From positions 1,568,001 through 1,632,000 of the forward strand of contig OZ240248.1 of assembly GCA_965198235.1 (NCBI GenBank): 64,000 nt of DNA, in the 5' to 3' direction. Positions 10,368 to 20,800 of this stretch are shown in pieces. The position numbers and the translations under genes are program-made. The stretch's first letter is position 1; each line of letters opens with the position of its first letter. This stretch comes from Candidatus Poribacteria bacterium. Lineage in GTDB: Bacteria > Poribacteria > WGA-4E > WGA-3G. Under the pieces are notes generated by a model. The model did not search any database. It had not been told where the DNA came from and saw nothing but the letters and a program-made list of their open reading frames with translations.

Positions 10368-10481
10368 ACCTATCAAGAACCTGCTCGTAATGAAATTAGG
10401 TTTCCTTAAATGGCATAATTTTGCTTCGCAGTGAGAATGCTTTACATTTGGAGAGCAGTCCAGGAGCCCATAGTTTAAAAC
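10368..10481. repeat. Family A right arm with nested modules
   Basis: CTGCT-CGTAATGAAAT[insert]TGGAG-AGCAG; ends just before ATG 10482. Confidence 0.78.
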
Positions 10482-12146
10482 ATGTTAAAAGATGTGATAA
10501 TTCTGCTAAGAGCGGATTTGCAAGGGTGGTTGAATGGTCTTAGGCGCGGTGGGGAAGCGTGGCGAAAAGCCGCTTTAAAGGGTATAGGTTACCTCGTGTT
10601 CATCGTTGCACTATCAGTGTTAGGTAACTCCCTTTTCACGCATTTACGGCTCACTGAGGCAGAGCCGACGCTTCTGCTGGGTGTAATTAATGGGTTCATG
10701 GTCTTCGGGATTATCGTTGTTGCCAAGGAGTTGATGGAGAGTTCGCTGAAGAGTCTATATGAGGCACCGGACACCGCGTTGTTACACGCTGCACCGATTC
10801 AACCGGTTGCAATTTTCGGATATAAGTTCATTCATCTCACTATCACGCGCTTTCTGAGTATCTTCTGTTTTTTGGGACCCCCATGGGTAGCGTTCGGTCT
10901 GATATTTGGATTGCCGTGGCATTTTTACGCGGTGCTGTTTCCAGTGTGCTTGTGTCTTCTGGTAATGATCGCGAGTTATGTTACCATCAGCGTGATGTTG
11001 ATTGCGCGTTTCTTTTCATCTGGGTGGCTCCTCGCAACACTCAAGGTACTCGGCACTGCAATCGGCGTAACGGTGGGTTTTCTGTTATCGTTGACACTGT
11101 TTTTCGAGTTTGAGCCGATCCACATAAAGCAATTTTTGCTCAATTGGGCTTCCGAGAGAACGACGGATACGACTGCTTCGTGGTATCCACACGAGTGGAT
11201 TGGGGAACTTCTGCTAAGTTGGGTGACTGAATCCACAATTGGTGTCCGGTTGAGATGGGCACTCGGAGGTATCGGAGGAAGTCTCACCGCTGCCGGAGTG
11301 GCAACGCTCGTCGCGCGACTGATTTATCAGCGCGGTTGGGAAAATATCCGACAATTGAAAGCCAAGCGTAAACCCGTGCGGAATACCATTGTCCCGCAAG
11401 CCTCTATAGGCTTGTGCCAGTCTAAGGCATCGCATCTGGAACGCATACGGCGGACCCTCGGGCGTGGCAAAATACGCTCTATGATGCTAAAGGACTTTCT
11501 CATTTTCGTCCGGCACAGTGGACGGCTAATTGCTATTGTGATGCTCACACTTTTTTTGGTAGTTCACATCGCTATCTTACTCGTGCATGAAGGTAGTGCG
11601 GATACGAACGCTGGGTTGGTTCTTACTGTGCAGATAGTTCTTTATAGCATGCTTATTACCTTCGGTATCAGTTGTAACGGTCTTCGAGATGAAGCGAAGA
11701 CATGGTGGATGCTGAAAGCCTCCCCTGTTACGCCGAAGTTAGTGTTCAAGAGTAAATTCCTGACTGCGCTTCTCTGTGCGCTGATGTATGCTGAATTCTG
11801 GTCCCTGTTCGCTGTTTGTCTGCTCCGAATTCCGAGAGATGCTTGGATACCTGTGATGCTAACGCCTGTCTTAACACTCCCGACAGCGTGTGCAATGAAT
11901 ACGGCGATTGGGACATTGCCGTGGATGGCAGAATTGACACATCAACCGAAACCGATCTTGCGAGTTTTAACGTTCACAGTGACGCTTATCGTTGATGTGG
12001 CACTTGTCCTCGCGCCGGTGATAACATGGTATACGGAAAGTCTCATTTCGTTTATTGGATTGGTAATCCTTCTTGCGGGTGTATTTGCTGTGTCCTATAG
12101 ATGGGGAGTAGGGAATCTCCGCAGGTTGTTGGTTGCGCAACAGTAA
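10482..12146 (+). CDS. Putative ABC-2 type permease
   Basis: Multiple TM segments in two halves; follows the ABC ATPase. Confidence 0.8.
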   Translation: MLKDVIILLRADLQGWLNGLRRGGEAWRKAALKGIGYLVFIVALSVLGNSLFTHLRLTEAEPTLLLGVINGFMVFGIIVVAKELMESSLKSLYEAPDTALLHAAPIQPVAIFGYKFIHLTITRFLSIFCFLGPPWVAFGLIFGLPWHFYAVLFPVCLCLLVMIASYVTISVMLIARFFSSGWLLATLKVLGTAIGVTVGFLLSLTLFFEFEPIHIKQFLLNWASERTTDTTASWYPHEWIGELLLSWVTESTIGVRLRWALGGIGGSLTAAGVATLVARLIYQRGWENIRQLKAKRKPVRNTIVPQASIGLCQSKASHLERIRRTLGRGKIRSMMLKDFLIFVRHSGRLIAIVMLTLFLVVHIAILLVHEGSADTNAGLVLTVQIVLYSMLITFGISCNGLRDEAKTWWMLKASPVTPKLVFKSKFLTALLCALMYAEFWSLFAVCLLRIPRDAWIPVMLTPVLTLPTACAMNTAIGTLPWMAELTHQPKPILRVLTFTVTLIVDVALVLAPVITWYTESLISFIGLVILLAGVFAVSYRWGVGNLRRLLVAQQ

Positions 12147-12375
12147 GGTTGATAATTAGTACTAAGTTTTGCGGGCGAGGTTTCCAAGCGCGCAGGAAAG
12201 AAGGTTTTTTAACTATCAAATCTGGGCACCGTTCCATGGCATTTCATCGAAGAAATCCCCTCCCCAGTAACGGGCGGGGACCCCGGTTTCTGATGAAGTC
12301 AAACCCCTTCTCGCAACTGTGACGGCACGGTAGGAGCAGTTTCCTAACTGCTCCGAACCCTTGAGAAAAGGAAAA

Positions 12376-12882
12376 ATGTTGATAGAATATGAAGGCATAA
12401 CACCAAACGTGCATCCCTCTGTTTTCGTCGCTCCAGGGGCGATGATTATTGGCGATGTAACGATTGGGGAAGAATCAAGCATCTGGTTTAACAGCGTGCT
12501 CCGCGGGGATTTAGAACCGATCCGAATCGGATGTCGCACCAATGTTCAGGACGGTGCAGTGATACACATGGACAAAGAGATTCCGTGTCTCATCGGTGAT
12601 GACGTTACGATCGGGCACGGTGCAATCCTCCATAGTTGCACTATTGGAGACGGGGCACTAATCGGCATGGGGGCAATTCTCCTAACGGGTTCGGTGATCG
12701 GCGAAAATGCTGTTGTCGCAGCTGGGACGCTTGTCCGCGAAGGACAGGAAATCCCACCGGGTGCCGTTGCAATGGGAGTCCCAGCAAAAGTGCGGCGTGA
12801 GGCTACCGAGGCGGAACTTGAACGTGTCCGACGCGGCAAAGACGATTACGTCTTACGTGGCAAGCTGATGCAAAATTTTTAA
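12376..12882 (+). CDS. Gamma carbonic anhydrase family protein
   Basis: IIGDVTIG, VLRGD, TNVQDG, TIGHGAILH motifs. Confidence 0.92.
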   Translation: MLIEYEGITPNVHPSVFVAPGAMIIGDVTIGEESSIWFNSVLRGDLEPIRIGCRTNVQDGAVIHMDKEIPCLIGDDVTIGHGAILHSCTIGDGALIGMGAILLTGSVIGENAVVAAGTLVREGQEIPPGAVAMGVPAKVRREATEAELERVRRGKDDYVLRGKLMQNF

Positions 12883-13025
12883 ACGATTCAATATGAACTG
12901 CTGCGTCCGTTGTCCTTGCAGATTTTGAATCTTTAAGAAACCTTTCATAACCTAAAATAGGTTCTTTACTAATTTTAGATCGTTGCCGACAACGGAGGCA
13001 ACGCCCAGGAGCAATCGTTAGAAAA

Positions 13026-14066
13026 ATGGCAAAACGAACATGTTTAATGATTGGTGGAAGTGGTATGGCTGGTGGCTGGATCAACAATTTCACGAATAAT
13101 TTCGACGATCGAATTGAAATTGTCGGTTTAGCAGACGTGAATACAGGGGTCCTCGCAGCGCAAGGCGAAGCGTTGGGACTCAGCACATCACAACTTTTTA
13201 CAGATTTTAACGAGGCGTGTGCAACGGTCAAGGCAGACTTCTGTGGCATTGCTGTCCCACCGCAATTCCATAGTCCTGCCGCGATTGCCGCTATGGAAAA
13301 TGGGATGCCTGTTATCTGTGAAAAACCGATTGCAGACACCTTAGACGCAGCAAAGGCGATGGTACGTACCGCCCAAAAAACGGGATTGCCGTGTGCTATT
13401 ATCCAAAATTATCGCTATGCCGATAATAAACAGGAATTGATTCGCATCCGCGATGAAGGTAGATTGGGACGGCTTCAACACATTGTCGGAAGATACGCAT
13501 GCGATTACCGTCGTTATCTCTCATGGGGCAAAGCGTGGCGACACGATATGGATTTCGGGCTCCTTTTTGAAGGTTCCGTTCATCACCTTGACATGCTTCG
13601 GTTCCTCTCAGGTGGCGATTGTGAAACCTTGATCGGGTTTGGATGGAATCCCGAATGGTCGAGTTTCCAGCATTACTCCAGTGGTTTCTATGTGATGCGG
13701 ATGGATAACGGGATCCATACCTCTTATGAAGGCAACAGTTCATCGGCGGGTATTGTCAACTGTTGGAACCATGAACATTACCGTGCTGAGTTTGAGGAAG
13801 GTGCTGTGGAAATCGCAGGCGGCAACCAGATGACTATCCACCGCGTCGGTGGGGAAGCCGAAGTCTACGAGGCACCGGCAATTCCCTATCAAGCGCATCA
13901 GCATCTCTTTGATGAATTCCTGAATTGGCTCGATGGTGGCGAACCTTCTGATACGCGAATTGAGGACAATATCAAAAGCTTCGTGCTTGTCATCGCCGCG
14001 ATGGAGACAACCCTTGATGGACAACCCAAACAGATCGCCGATTACCTGAGCGACTTAGAGATTTAA
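13026..14066 (+). CDS. Gfo/Idh/MocA oxidoreductase
   Basis: Rossmann N-terminus, CEKP, HHLD. Confidence 0.88.
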   Translation: MAKRTCLMIGGSGMAGGWINNFTNNFDDRIEIVGLADVNTGVLAAQGEALGLSTSQLFTDFNEACATVKADFCGIAVPPQFHSPAAIAAMENGMPVICEKPIADTLDAAKAMVRTAQKTGLPCAIIQNYRYADNKQELIRIRDEGRLGRLQHIVGRYACDYRRYLSWGKAWRHDMDFGLLFEGSVHHLDMLRFLSGGDCETLIGFGWNPEWSSFQHYSSGFYVMRMDNGIHTSYEGNSSSAGIVNCWNHEHYRAEFEEGAVEIAGGNQMTIHRVGGEAEVYEAPAIPYQAHQHLFDEFLNWLDGGEPSDTRIEDNIKSFVLVIAAMETTLDGQPKQIADYLSDLEI

Positions 14067-14100
14067 GGGTTATGTATTCGCAAGGGCTTAGGTACTGACT

Positions 14101-14397
14101 GTGTTCAATCCAAACCCTGAAATACCACGTGTCCTTGAAGATATTCCTGAATCTGAGCAACGCGCCCTGCTTGAAAAGGCAGCAACGTGGATTGGACGGC
14201 GCGGTTTAACCGCGCCCGCAATTCTCTTTTTAGAGATCGGTAAGCCACTTAACTTTTTGGGGAGTCAACTCTTAATCGCGTTTAGTCCCTTTATTCAGGC
14301 GATTTTCAAGGGCGACGAGTACCATAAATTCGCACTTATTCTGGAAAAAGATGCGAATGTTGAACTATTGATTGAATTGATTGAGGCACACTCATGA
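14101..14397 (+). CDS. Conserved hypothetical protein
   Basis: Protein-like ORF (PAILFLE..KPLNFLGSQ) filling the intergenic space. Confidence 0.7.
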   Translation: MFNPNPEIPRVLEDIPESEQRALLEKAATWIGRRGLTAPAILFLEIGKPLNFLGSQLLIAFSPFIQAIFKGDEYHKFALILEKDANVELLIELIEAHS

Positions 14398-14440
14398 CTC
14401 CGTCACCAATAAAATGGTGGGTGGTTCTCCATCAGTTAAA

Positions 14441-14640
14441 GCGCGTAAGCCCAAGCATCGCGCCGGGCTGGGTATACGGAGAAGATCGTTCTCGTAAAAC
14501 TAACCTTATCGAACCGCAAGGAAACTTAGAAATAGGAATTGGATAGAGCGCGTAAGCCCAAGCATCGCGCCGGGCTGGATATACGGGGAGGATCGTTCCC
14601 TCAAAACTGGCCTTATCGAACCGCAAGGAAAATTAAAAAT
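14441..14640 (+). repeat. Tandem pair of Family B elements
   Basis: GCGCGTAAGCCCAAGCATCGCGCCGGGCTGGRTATACGG...CGAACCGCAAGGAAA starts at 14441 and 14548; second copy ends at ATG 14641. Confidence 0.9.
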
Positions 14641-16008
14641 ATGGCAGTTGAATTAAGAATGCTTCAGATGGATCAGACAATGACCAAGGGGAAAATCGGA
14701 AAATGGCTGGTTAAGGAGGGCGATACCGTCACACAAGGACAACCTTTGTTAGAGATTGAAACCGATAAGGTCGTCCATGAACAGGAATCCCCCACTGATG
14801 GTGTTATCGCGCAATTGTTTGCTGAGGAGGGTGCCAATGTTCCTGTCAATGCTCTGTTAGCGATTATCGGGGCACCCGGAGAGGAAGTGGCACGCGTTGA
14901 AGTGGACACGGGGACAGTTGAAGTGGACACCACGCCGGAACCACAAGCGTCAGTGCAACCTGCACAACCGAAGGCAACGCCACCGACTGTGACCGTTGCA
15001 CCAAAAGCCTCGCCAGCGGCACGCCAACTTGCCGAAAAACTCGCTATTGACTTGACCGAGGTCAAAGCCTCTGGACCTGGGGGACGTATCCTTGAAAGCG
15101 ATGTCCAGCGATATATTGATTTGAGGGGACCGGCTCCAATTGAAGAAACGACACGACTTAGGGCATCACCGCTTGCCCGGCGATTGGCGAAGGAGCACGG
15201 AGTTGACCTGATTTCAATTGTCGGTTCAGGACCCGATGGCAGAATTGTCCGTGACGATGTGTTACAAGCGAGCGCAGCCGCCGCTGAAGCCCCCGTTATA
15301 GAGACACCTGTTCTCCAACAAGCGACAGAAGTTATTCCTATGGGTGGCATCCGTGAAATTATCGCAGAGCGGATGACCATGAGCCTTCAAACTAACGCCA
15401 GCGTCACACTCCACACAGAGGTTGACGCAACGGCTTTCGTCGAACTACGTCGGATGCTCAACGATAAACTGCAGGCGAGAGAGGTGAGTCTCACCTACAC
15501 CGACCTGCTCGTTAAAGTCGTAGCAAACGCTTTGCGGGAATACCCTCGACTCAACGCAACACTCACGGATGAAGGGATTCATCTATTGCCGGAAATTAAC
15601 ATCGGTGTAGCCGTCGCACTGGACGATGGACTGGTGGTGCCAGTAATACGGAATGCGGACAAGGAGAGGTTATCGGAGATCTCTGATCAGGTAAGAGGTT
15701 TCGCAGAGCGGGCACGTAGTAATCAATTGACACCCGGTGAACTTCAAGGTGGCACCTTTACCATTACAAATCTCGGGAACTTCGGAATTGATGCTTTCAC
15801 GCCTATTATCAATCCACCGGAGAGTGCTATTCTTGGGGTGGGACGGATTCTGAAAAAGCCGGTTGTTCACGACGATGAGATTGTTGTCCGTAGCATGCTG
15901 ACCCTGAGTTTGACGTTTGACCATCGTGTGATAGACGGTGCGCCTGCAGCGCAGTTTCTACAAACGGTCTCCAGCTATATTCAAGATCCATATCTGTTGT
16001 TAGTGTAG
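14641..16008 (+). CDS. Dihydrolipoamide acyltransferase (E2)
   Basis: Lipoyl ETDK motif, two ASPxARxLA E3-binding domains, DHRVIDG. Confidence 0.93.
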   Translation: MAVELRMLQMDQTMTKGKIGKWLVKEGDTVTQGQPLLEIETDKVVHEQESPTDGVIAQLFAEEGANVPVNALLAIIGAPGEEVARVEVDTGTVEVDTTPEPQASVQPAQPKATPPTVTVAPKASPAARQLAEKLAIDLTEVKASGPGGRILESDVQRYIDLRGPAPIEETTRLRASPLARRLAKEHGVDLISIVGSGPDGRIVRDDVLQASAAAAEAPVIETPVLQQATEVIPMGGIREIIAERMTMSLQTNASVTLHTEVDATAFVELRRMLNDKLQAREVSLTYTDLLVKVVANALREYPRLNATLTDEGIHLLPEINIGVAVALDDGLVVPVIRNADKERLSEISDQVRGFAERARSNQLTPGELQGGTFTITNLGNFGIDAFTPIINPPESAILGVGRILKKPVVHDDEIVVRSMLTLSLTFDHRVIDGAPAAQFLQTVSSYIQDPYLLLV

Positions 16009-16114
16009 GGCTACCAATATTCTGTCTGTAGAGATTCAATTTCATCAAAGTGTGCGTCTCGTGTGACAAGAATCAAATCGTGTTGCATGGCAAGTGCCGC
16101 AATTCAAATATCAT

Positions 16115-17380
16115 CAAAACCTTTGGGCTGGAAACCCCACACTTTAGTGTGGGGAGGAAAGCCCCCTCCTATAATTAAAGTTCAGACGCGTAAGCACCCT
16201 AAAATCAGATTCTTGCGCACTTTGAGTGAGGCGTTGGTTTCCTTCCAAAGAATACAGAGAAATACCGGTTTTCCCAAACCCGCTAATACGGGTCAGCCCA
16301 TGCTTGACATGCTTGACGAGTGTATTCTTTACCAATCTGTTCCAAGTCGTGCCACCATAGCGGGGGCGTTTACCGCCTTTTTGAGGATTTTGCCGGTGCA
16401 GTTCTCGCCTGATAATAGGGATAGGGGAGATACAGAAAACATCTCTATTATCAACCCTATCTTTGCCGCCTATTCTATGATATACCAAGCACCAACTATC
16501 TACACAATGCGCTTCAAACGTCTCCGCAAGTTTTTTAGAAGACTTCTTCAAACCCAACCTATCACGAATCTCTTTCGTCTCCCACCCTTGGAGTGTCAAT
16601 AACTCCCACCGCTTCTGAATTTCAGTGTAGAACCATGCTTTGCCAACTTCGAGCGGACTAAAAGACGTATTCCACTTTTTCGCATGCTTTATCGTCCTCG
16701 CTTTTATGTTCTCAACACAAACATGACGGATAGGGAACAACCCTGATAACCAGTCTAATATCCGAAGTTTCCACTCCCAACGGGCGCGCGTGCCTGCGGG
16801 GATACGTGCTTGATTTGCCAGACGATTCATGCGGTTTTTGCGATTCGGACATTTCCGAGAACGCCTCCCTCTGCGCAACTCACGACGCTTTTCAACTTTC
16901 TTACCCACCTGGGTGTGTGCGTCTGCCTGCACATTCAAATACGTATGTGACTTGCTTTTCACGGTAAAGCCTTCTTTCTTGCTACCGGGGTCTACCCCTA
17001 CAGCGATCTCTTGTGTTTTTCTCTCAGAAGGCTCTTTGTTGAGACGGATACAATAAATACCATTATCCCAGTAGGGGGTTGCCTCGTCTCGCTTTATCAA
17101 CTTGCGCGCACGGGCGGAATGCATGGGCATGAGTATTTGACCGTCTTTTGCTTTTACAGGAACAAACATAAGTTTCTAATTCTCTTACAAAAGTAAGGTG
17201 TGTATTGCCCCTTCCAGATCACATATCCAAGGGGAATCAGACGAGGGGAGTATCCAAAACATTGTACTGGCTGCCACGCCGAGATATGCGATATATTACT
17301 GTAGACAACGGTTTAACTTATGGAGAGGTGCTTGGCAGGCACTTCGCAGAAGCCTCACGCTTTAGCGTGAGGTAGTTGAC
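16115..17380 (-). mobile_element. IS200/IS605-superfamily non-autonomous IsrB element
   Basis: Begins GTCAACTACC; subterminal hairpins CCTCACGC-TTTA-GCGTGAGG (17353-17372) and CCCCACAC-TTTA-GTGTGGGG (16135-16154); no target duplication; removal restores vapC. Confidence 0.88.
16144..17169 (-). CDS. isrB: IsrB (RRXRR, HNH-less IscB relative), predicted RNA-guided nickase
   Basis: PLMP-like ILMP, RuvC-I GVDPG, Arg-rich bridge helix RRELRRGRRSRK, RuvC-II VENI, RuvC-III HCVD; no HNH; 341 aa. Confidence 0.85.
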   Translation of the reverse strand: MFVPVKAKDGQILMPMHSARARKLIKRDEATPYWDNGIYCIRLNKEPSERKTQEIAVGVDPGSKKEGFTVKSKSHTYLNVQADAHTQVGKKVEKRRELRRGRRSRKCPNRKNRMNRLANQARIPAGTRARWEWKLRILDWLSGLFPIRHVCVENIKARTIKHAKKWNTSFSPLEVGKAWFYTEIQKRWELLTLQGWETKEIRDRLGLKKSSKKLAETFEAHCVDSWCLVYHRIGGKDRVDNRDVFCISPIPIIRRELHRQNPQKGGKRPRYGGTTWNRLVKNTLVKHVKHGLTRISGFGKTGISLYSLEGNQRLTQSAQESDFRVLTRLNFNYRRGLSSPH

Positions 17381-17400
17381 TGTCTGGAATAAGATTTCCT
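17175..17400 (-). ncRNA. Predicted omegaRNA (5' guide from the flank plus ~200-nt scaffold)
   Basis: Non-coding stretch between the element end (GTCAAC at 17380) and the isrB start, the established position in IscB/IsrB loci; ends inferred. Confidence 0.7.
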
Positions 17401-17578
17401 TTCTGCCGTAATTGATCTTTGATGATTCCAAACCACTGTGACGTTTCTAAGTCGCAAGAAAAGAGTGGGAATCTCTGCGTCTGCAGCCAAGAACATTTTA
17501 TCGGTATTTTCCACTTTTTCTTGAATTACTTTGTCCGCGGCAAACATCCCGATAATGATATTCGTGTCTAAAAGGTAC

Positions 17579-17809
17579 TTACCATTCTGATTCATCAACC
17601 CGTCCGCAGTCCTCCTCAATTGCTTGTTTTATTTCCTCAAGGTCTTCGGGGGGGAACAGCCCGACAAATTTAAGCAGCTCCTTACCGGAGGTGCCTCTTA
17701 TCGGTTCGCCTAAAAAAGAGAGAACAGAATTTAAAATCTGTTTCTGTTGCACAGGCGTAAGTTTGTCTAACCGCTCCACAATCTCTTGGATAGTCGTTGA
17801 TTTTTCCAT
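17579..17809 (-). CDS. Putative antitoxin partner of vapC
   Basis: 76 aa acidic protein overlapping the vapC start; GGAGG RBS. Confidence 0.75.
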   Translation of the reverse strand: MEKSTTIQEIVERLDKLTPVQQKQILNSVLSFLGEPIRGTSGKELLKFVGLFPPEDLEEIKQAIEEDCGRVDESEW

Positions 17810-17895
17810 CGTTTTACCTCCTTTTTGCCTAAATCCAAAAGAATAATAGCCATTACTATTATACAATAGGAAAATGGTGATTTTCAACGTTAAAA

Positions 17896-20800
17896 CTACC
17901 GAATTCCAGTTTTCTCAAACATCAAATCCAAATACGATTTTTCATTGTTGAAAAGTTGACTGGTGGAACCGTCTTCTGTTTTTTCATGCCAGTTTAATCG
18001 GAAGATATTATATGCCAACATATTCTCTTCGACCCACTCAACGGATTGTCTGTTTCCTAATTTGGAACTATCGCGTAGCAGCAAAAACGAATTGAGATGG
18101 AATGTCCGACCCTGTTCAGCCTCTAACCGTTTTTCAAGAATAATAAGTGTTTTATCCTCAGATTTTCGAGCGAGTTTAACCTTTGGATGATTTTGGTAGT
18201 CAAGTGTCTCGTCGTCGATAATACCACGCTGCCCTTTCGGATCGATGAAGAGGATGTGGGTTACCGTTTGTTCTGTATCTACTATCCACAACACAAAATC
18301 GGGATAGTAACTGCCCGAATCATTTTCCAAATAGATACCAATCTTCTGCACATTCCGCATCAGATAGAACTCATATCGTTTATTCCTGCCGTAGGATCGC
18401 TTAATATAATTTGTCAAGTCTTCAACGAATTTTCTTTCACCTGCATTTAGTCTATCTGGTGAGACTTTGACTTCGTTTGGTTCGTTCTCTCTGATATCCT
18501 TCGGGTCTAATAGGAGTGGGTTGTAAATATGCCGATGATGTAGTTCTAAAAATAATTGCAATTCTCTCTGGATCTGTACTTCCGGGTTTTTACGTCGCCC
18601 CTTTGATATATCTCTTTCCTTTTCTGCTTCCTCAATTTTTGCAAGAAATTCTTCATATTCATCACGATCTTTAAATTCCTTTGTTACTGTGTATTCATAG
18701 ATGAAGTCATCCTGGTTCAAAGGTTCATAAATATAGTTAGCACGATTGATATGGGCGTTGATGCGATTTCGTAGTTTACCAGTGACATCAATTACAACTT
18801 GGCGATTGAGCCTATCTGTCCACGCGATTTTATTTTTGCCCGCTTTCCGGTAACGAATTCCCCCAACAAGTGCCAGAAAATCTGAAATAGCGGGTTCGCT
18901 GTTGCCCTCATGATAAAGTTGCAGATGATTTTTCTCCGCCTCGCGGCGGATGATAGTAGCAAGTCTTGCCCGGTTCAGATAACAAGAATATTCTTTGTTA
19001 TATTTCTGCAGATATTCGTAGATATTCGGTGCCTCCTTCTCTTTGTCTGTTCGGTAATCCAACATAATTTCTTGCCAATTGTTGATAACTCCATGTTTTT
19101 CAGTGTTATCTTCAAAATAGGTATAATTAATTGATTTGTCACGGCTGAACACCACACACTTGATTGAGTTATCGCTGCTACCGATTTGCTTAAAAATGGG
19201 CAATTTGCTCTTATATTCCTCGAAGTGAATGGTTGTACCATTATCCACTTTAAAAAAAGTTGAATTTACATTAATTTTAAAGGTGTGATAAAGCCGAATG
19301 CCGCCCATGTGGACTTCCTTAAGAAAATGTTCAAGGTAGCTTCGCTGTAAGCTGAAAACGGTCAGCGTTTCCAATCGTCGAATCTCACTTTCTCTATCTC
19401 TTTTACGTGGAAGTGGGTAGGGGTAGTCTGGATCTTGCTCAATATACCGACGTTTTCCATCGCCACCTTTTCCACCTAACCGAACGCCGCGTCCGAAGAT
19501 CTGTATGATCAAGTTGCCTTTAGAACTTCCCAAGTTAATCAAATCAATTACGGAGAGACGATAAGAATTCCATCCTTCCGCAAACTTACGACTTCCAATA
19601 AGTATGTTTATCGGGCTGGTTTCGTTGTCGAGGTTTTCAAAATGGAGGTTTGGATCGGCGATTGATTCAACGCGTGTTTCAATGCAGTCGTTTTCAATGC
19701 TGTTGTAAAAACTCGCAGCGTCCCCAATGTTGATCATTCCCCACTTTTCGCCATCTCCATAAGAGAGAAGCAATTCACTATTGTTGTCTGGATTGCGTGC
19801 AACGACTAAGCGCCCAATAATATCACTACCAAAAATGGATCTGAATTTTTGGCGTTCCGCCTCGCTCAGTGCCGCAAGGTAATTGAGAACTTTCTGGATG
19901 TCAGAGACTTCATCGTTATCGTTTTTGCCTTCGTCCTTCGGATTTTCGACTGTATGTCCCATAAATGCCATCAAGGGACGATGCACAGTTAGATCAATGT
20001 CTTGCGATTCGTCGTCACGAACTCTTTTGAATGTTTGTAACTTTTTCTCCATCACCCAGAAACACTCGTCTAAGTTGTCTTTAATTTCTTGGTCGGATTC
20101 AGTAGCCACTGCATCTGCAGCAATCGGTTTGAAATAATGGTCTTTACCGTACCCATCGCTATAGAAGCGAGCATAATCGTACCGGTAGATGATTGCGCTA
20201 TCATATTCGTCCGCCAGTTCTTTAGCGATGTTGTGGAAGGTGGCTGAATATTCAAATAGGAAGGAATTTCCCACGTTGAGACGGTTCCGAAGTTCTCTGA
20301 ATTTGCCAGATTGCTGGCTTGTTAAGCCGATGTGTGCTTCGTCTACTAAAATGAGTCGGCGAATCTCTCCTGCATCCGGTAAACGGAAATAGTCGTCCTC
20401 CTTCTGCAAAAGCCCCTGCGTAGTGTCAATTGTAAGTTCAATCCGATTGCTATAGGTTTTGTTGAGTTCACGGACGTATGGCTCTAACTCGCGCTCATGC
20501 TGCTTAATCAGGTTTGCCAAGGGGGTCGTTAAGAAGATTTGAAGACGAGCATTGTCTTTTTTACAAAAATGGTGTAGGTATTGGAGGATATTAAGATGCA
20601 TGATGTGGGTTTTCCCACTGCCTGTCGCCATCCAATACGCCAGCATCCGTTTGTCTTCTTGTTCACTGCTTGTGTCAAATCCTTCTGACTGTTGTCGATC
20701 GGCAAAAAAACATTCGGTGAAAAGTAGAGCCAACACCTGATAGTAACGGAGTTTAAAAGCCTGCCTTGTCAGATAATTGTAATCTTCTAAGAAATCCTGA

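Larger units (their letters stand above)
16011..17595 (-). pseudogene. vapC: VapC/PIN toxin split by the IsrB element (16011-16114 + 17381-17595)
   Basis: YLLDTNII N-terminus; ..QLRQKGNLIPD joins ND I*IAALAMQHDLILVTRDAHF across the insertion; also an internal frameshifting deletion and a TGA. Confidence 0.85.

Noticed and set aside
14539-14640. Long N-terminal extensions in the ORF track (also 5552, 9433, 31124, 31479, 37488, 59696)
   Set aside because: They run through repeat or intergenic DNA; recognisable family sequence begins at the downstream ATG.
16104-16106. TGA in vapC as selenocysteine or Trp recoding
   Set aside because: The position is normally Trp, the gene has other lesions, and TGA is used as a stop elsewhere in the window.
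16063-16602. Antisense ORFs such as 16063-16602, 14673-15380 and 54837-55517
   Set aside because: Shadow frames of well-supported genes with no recognisable motifs.
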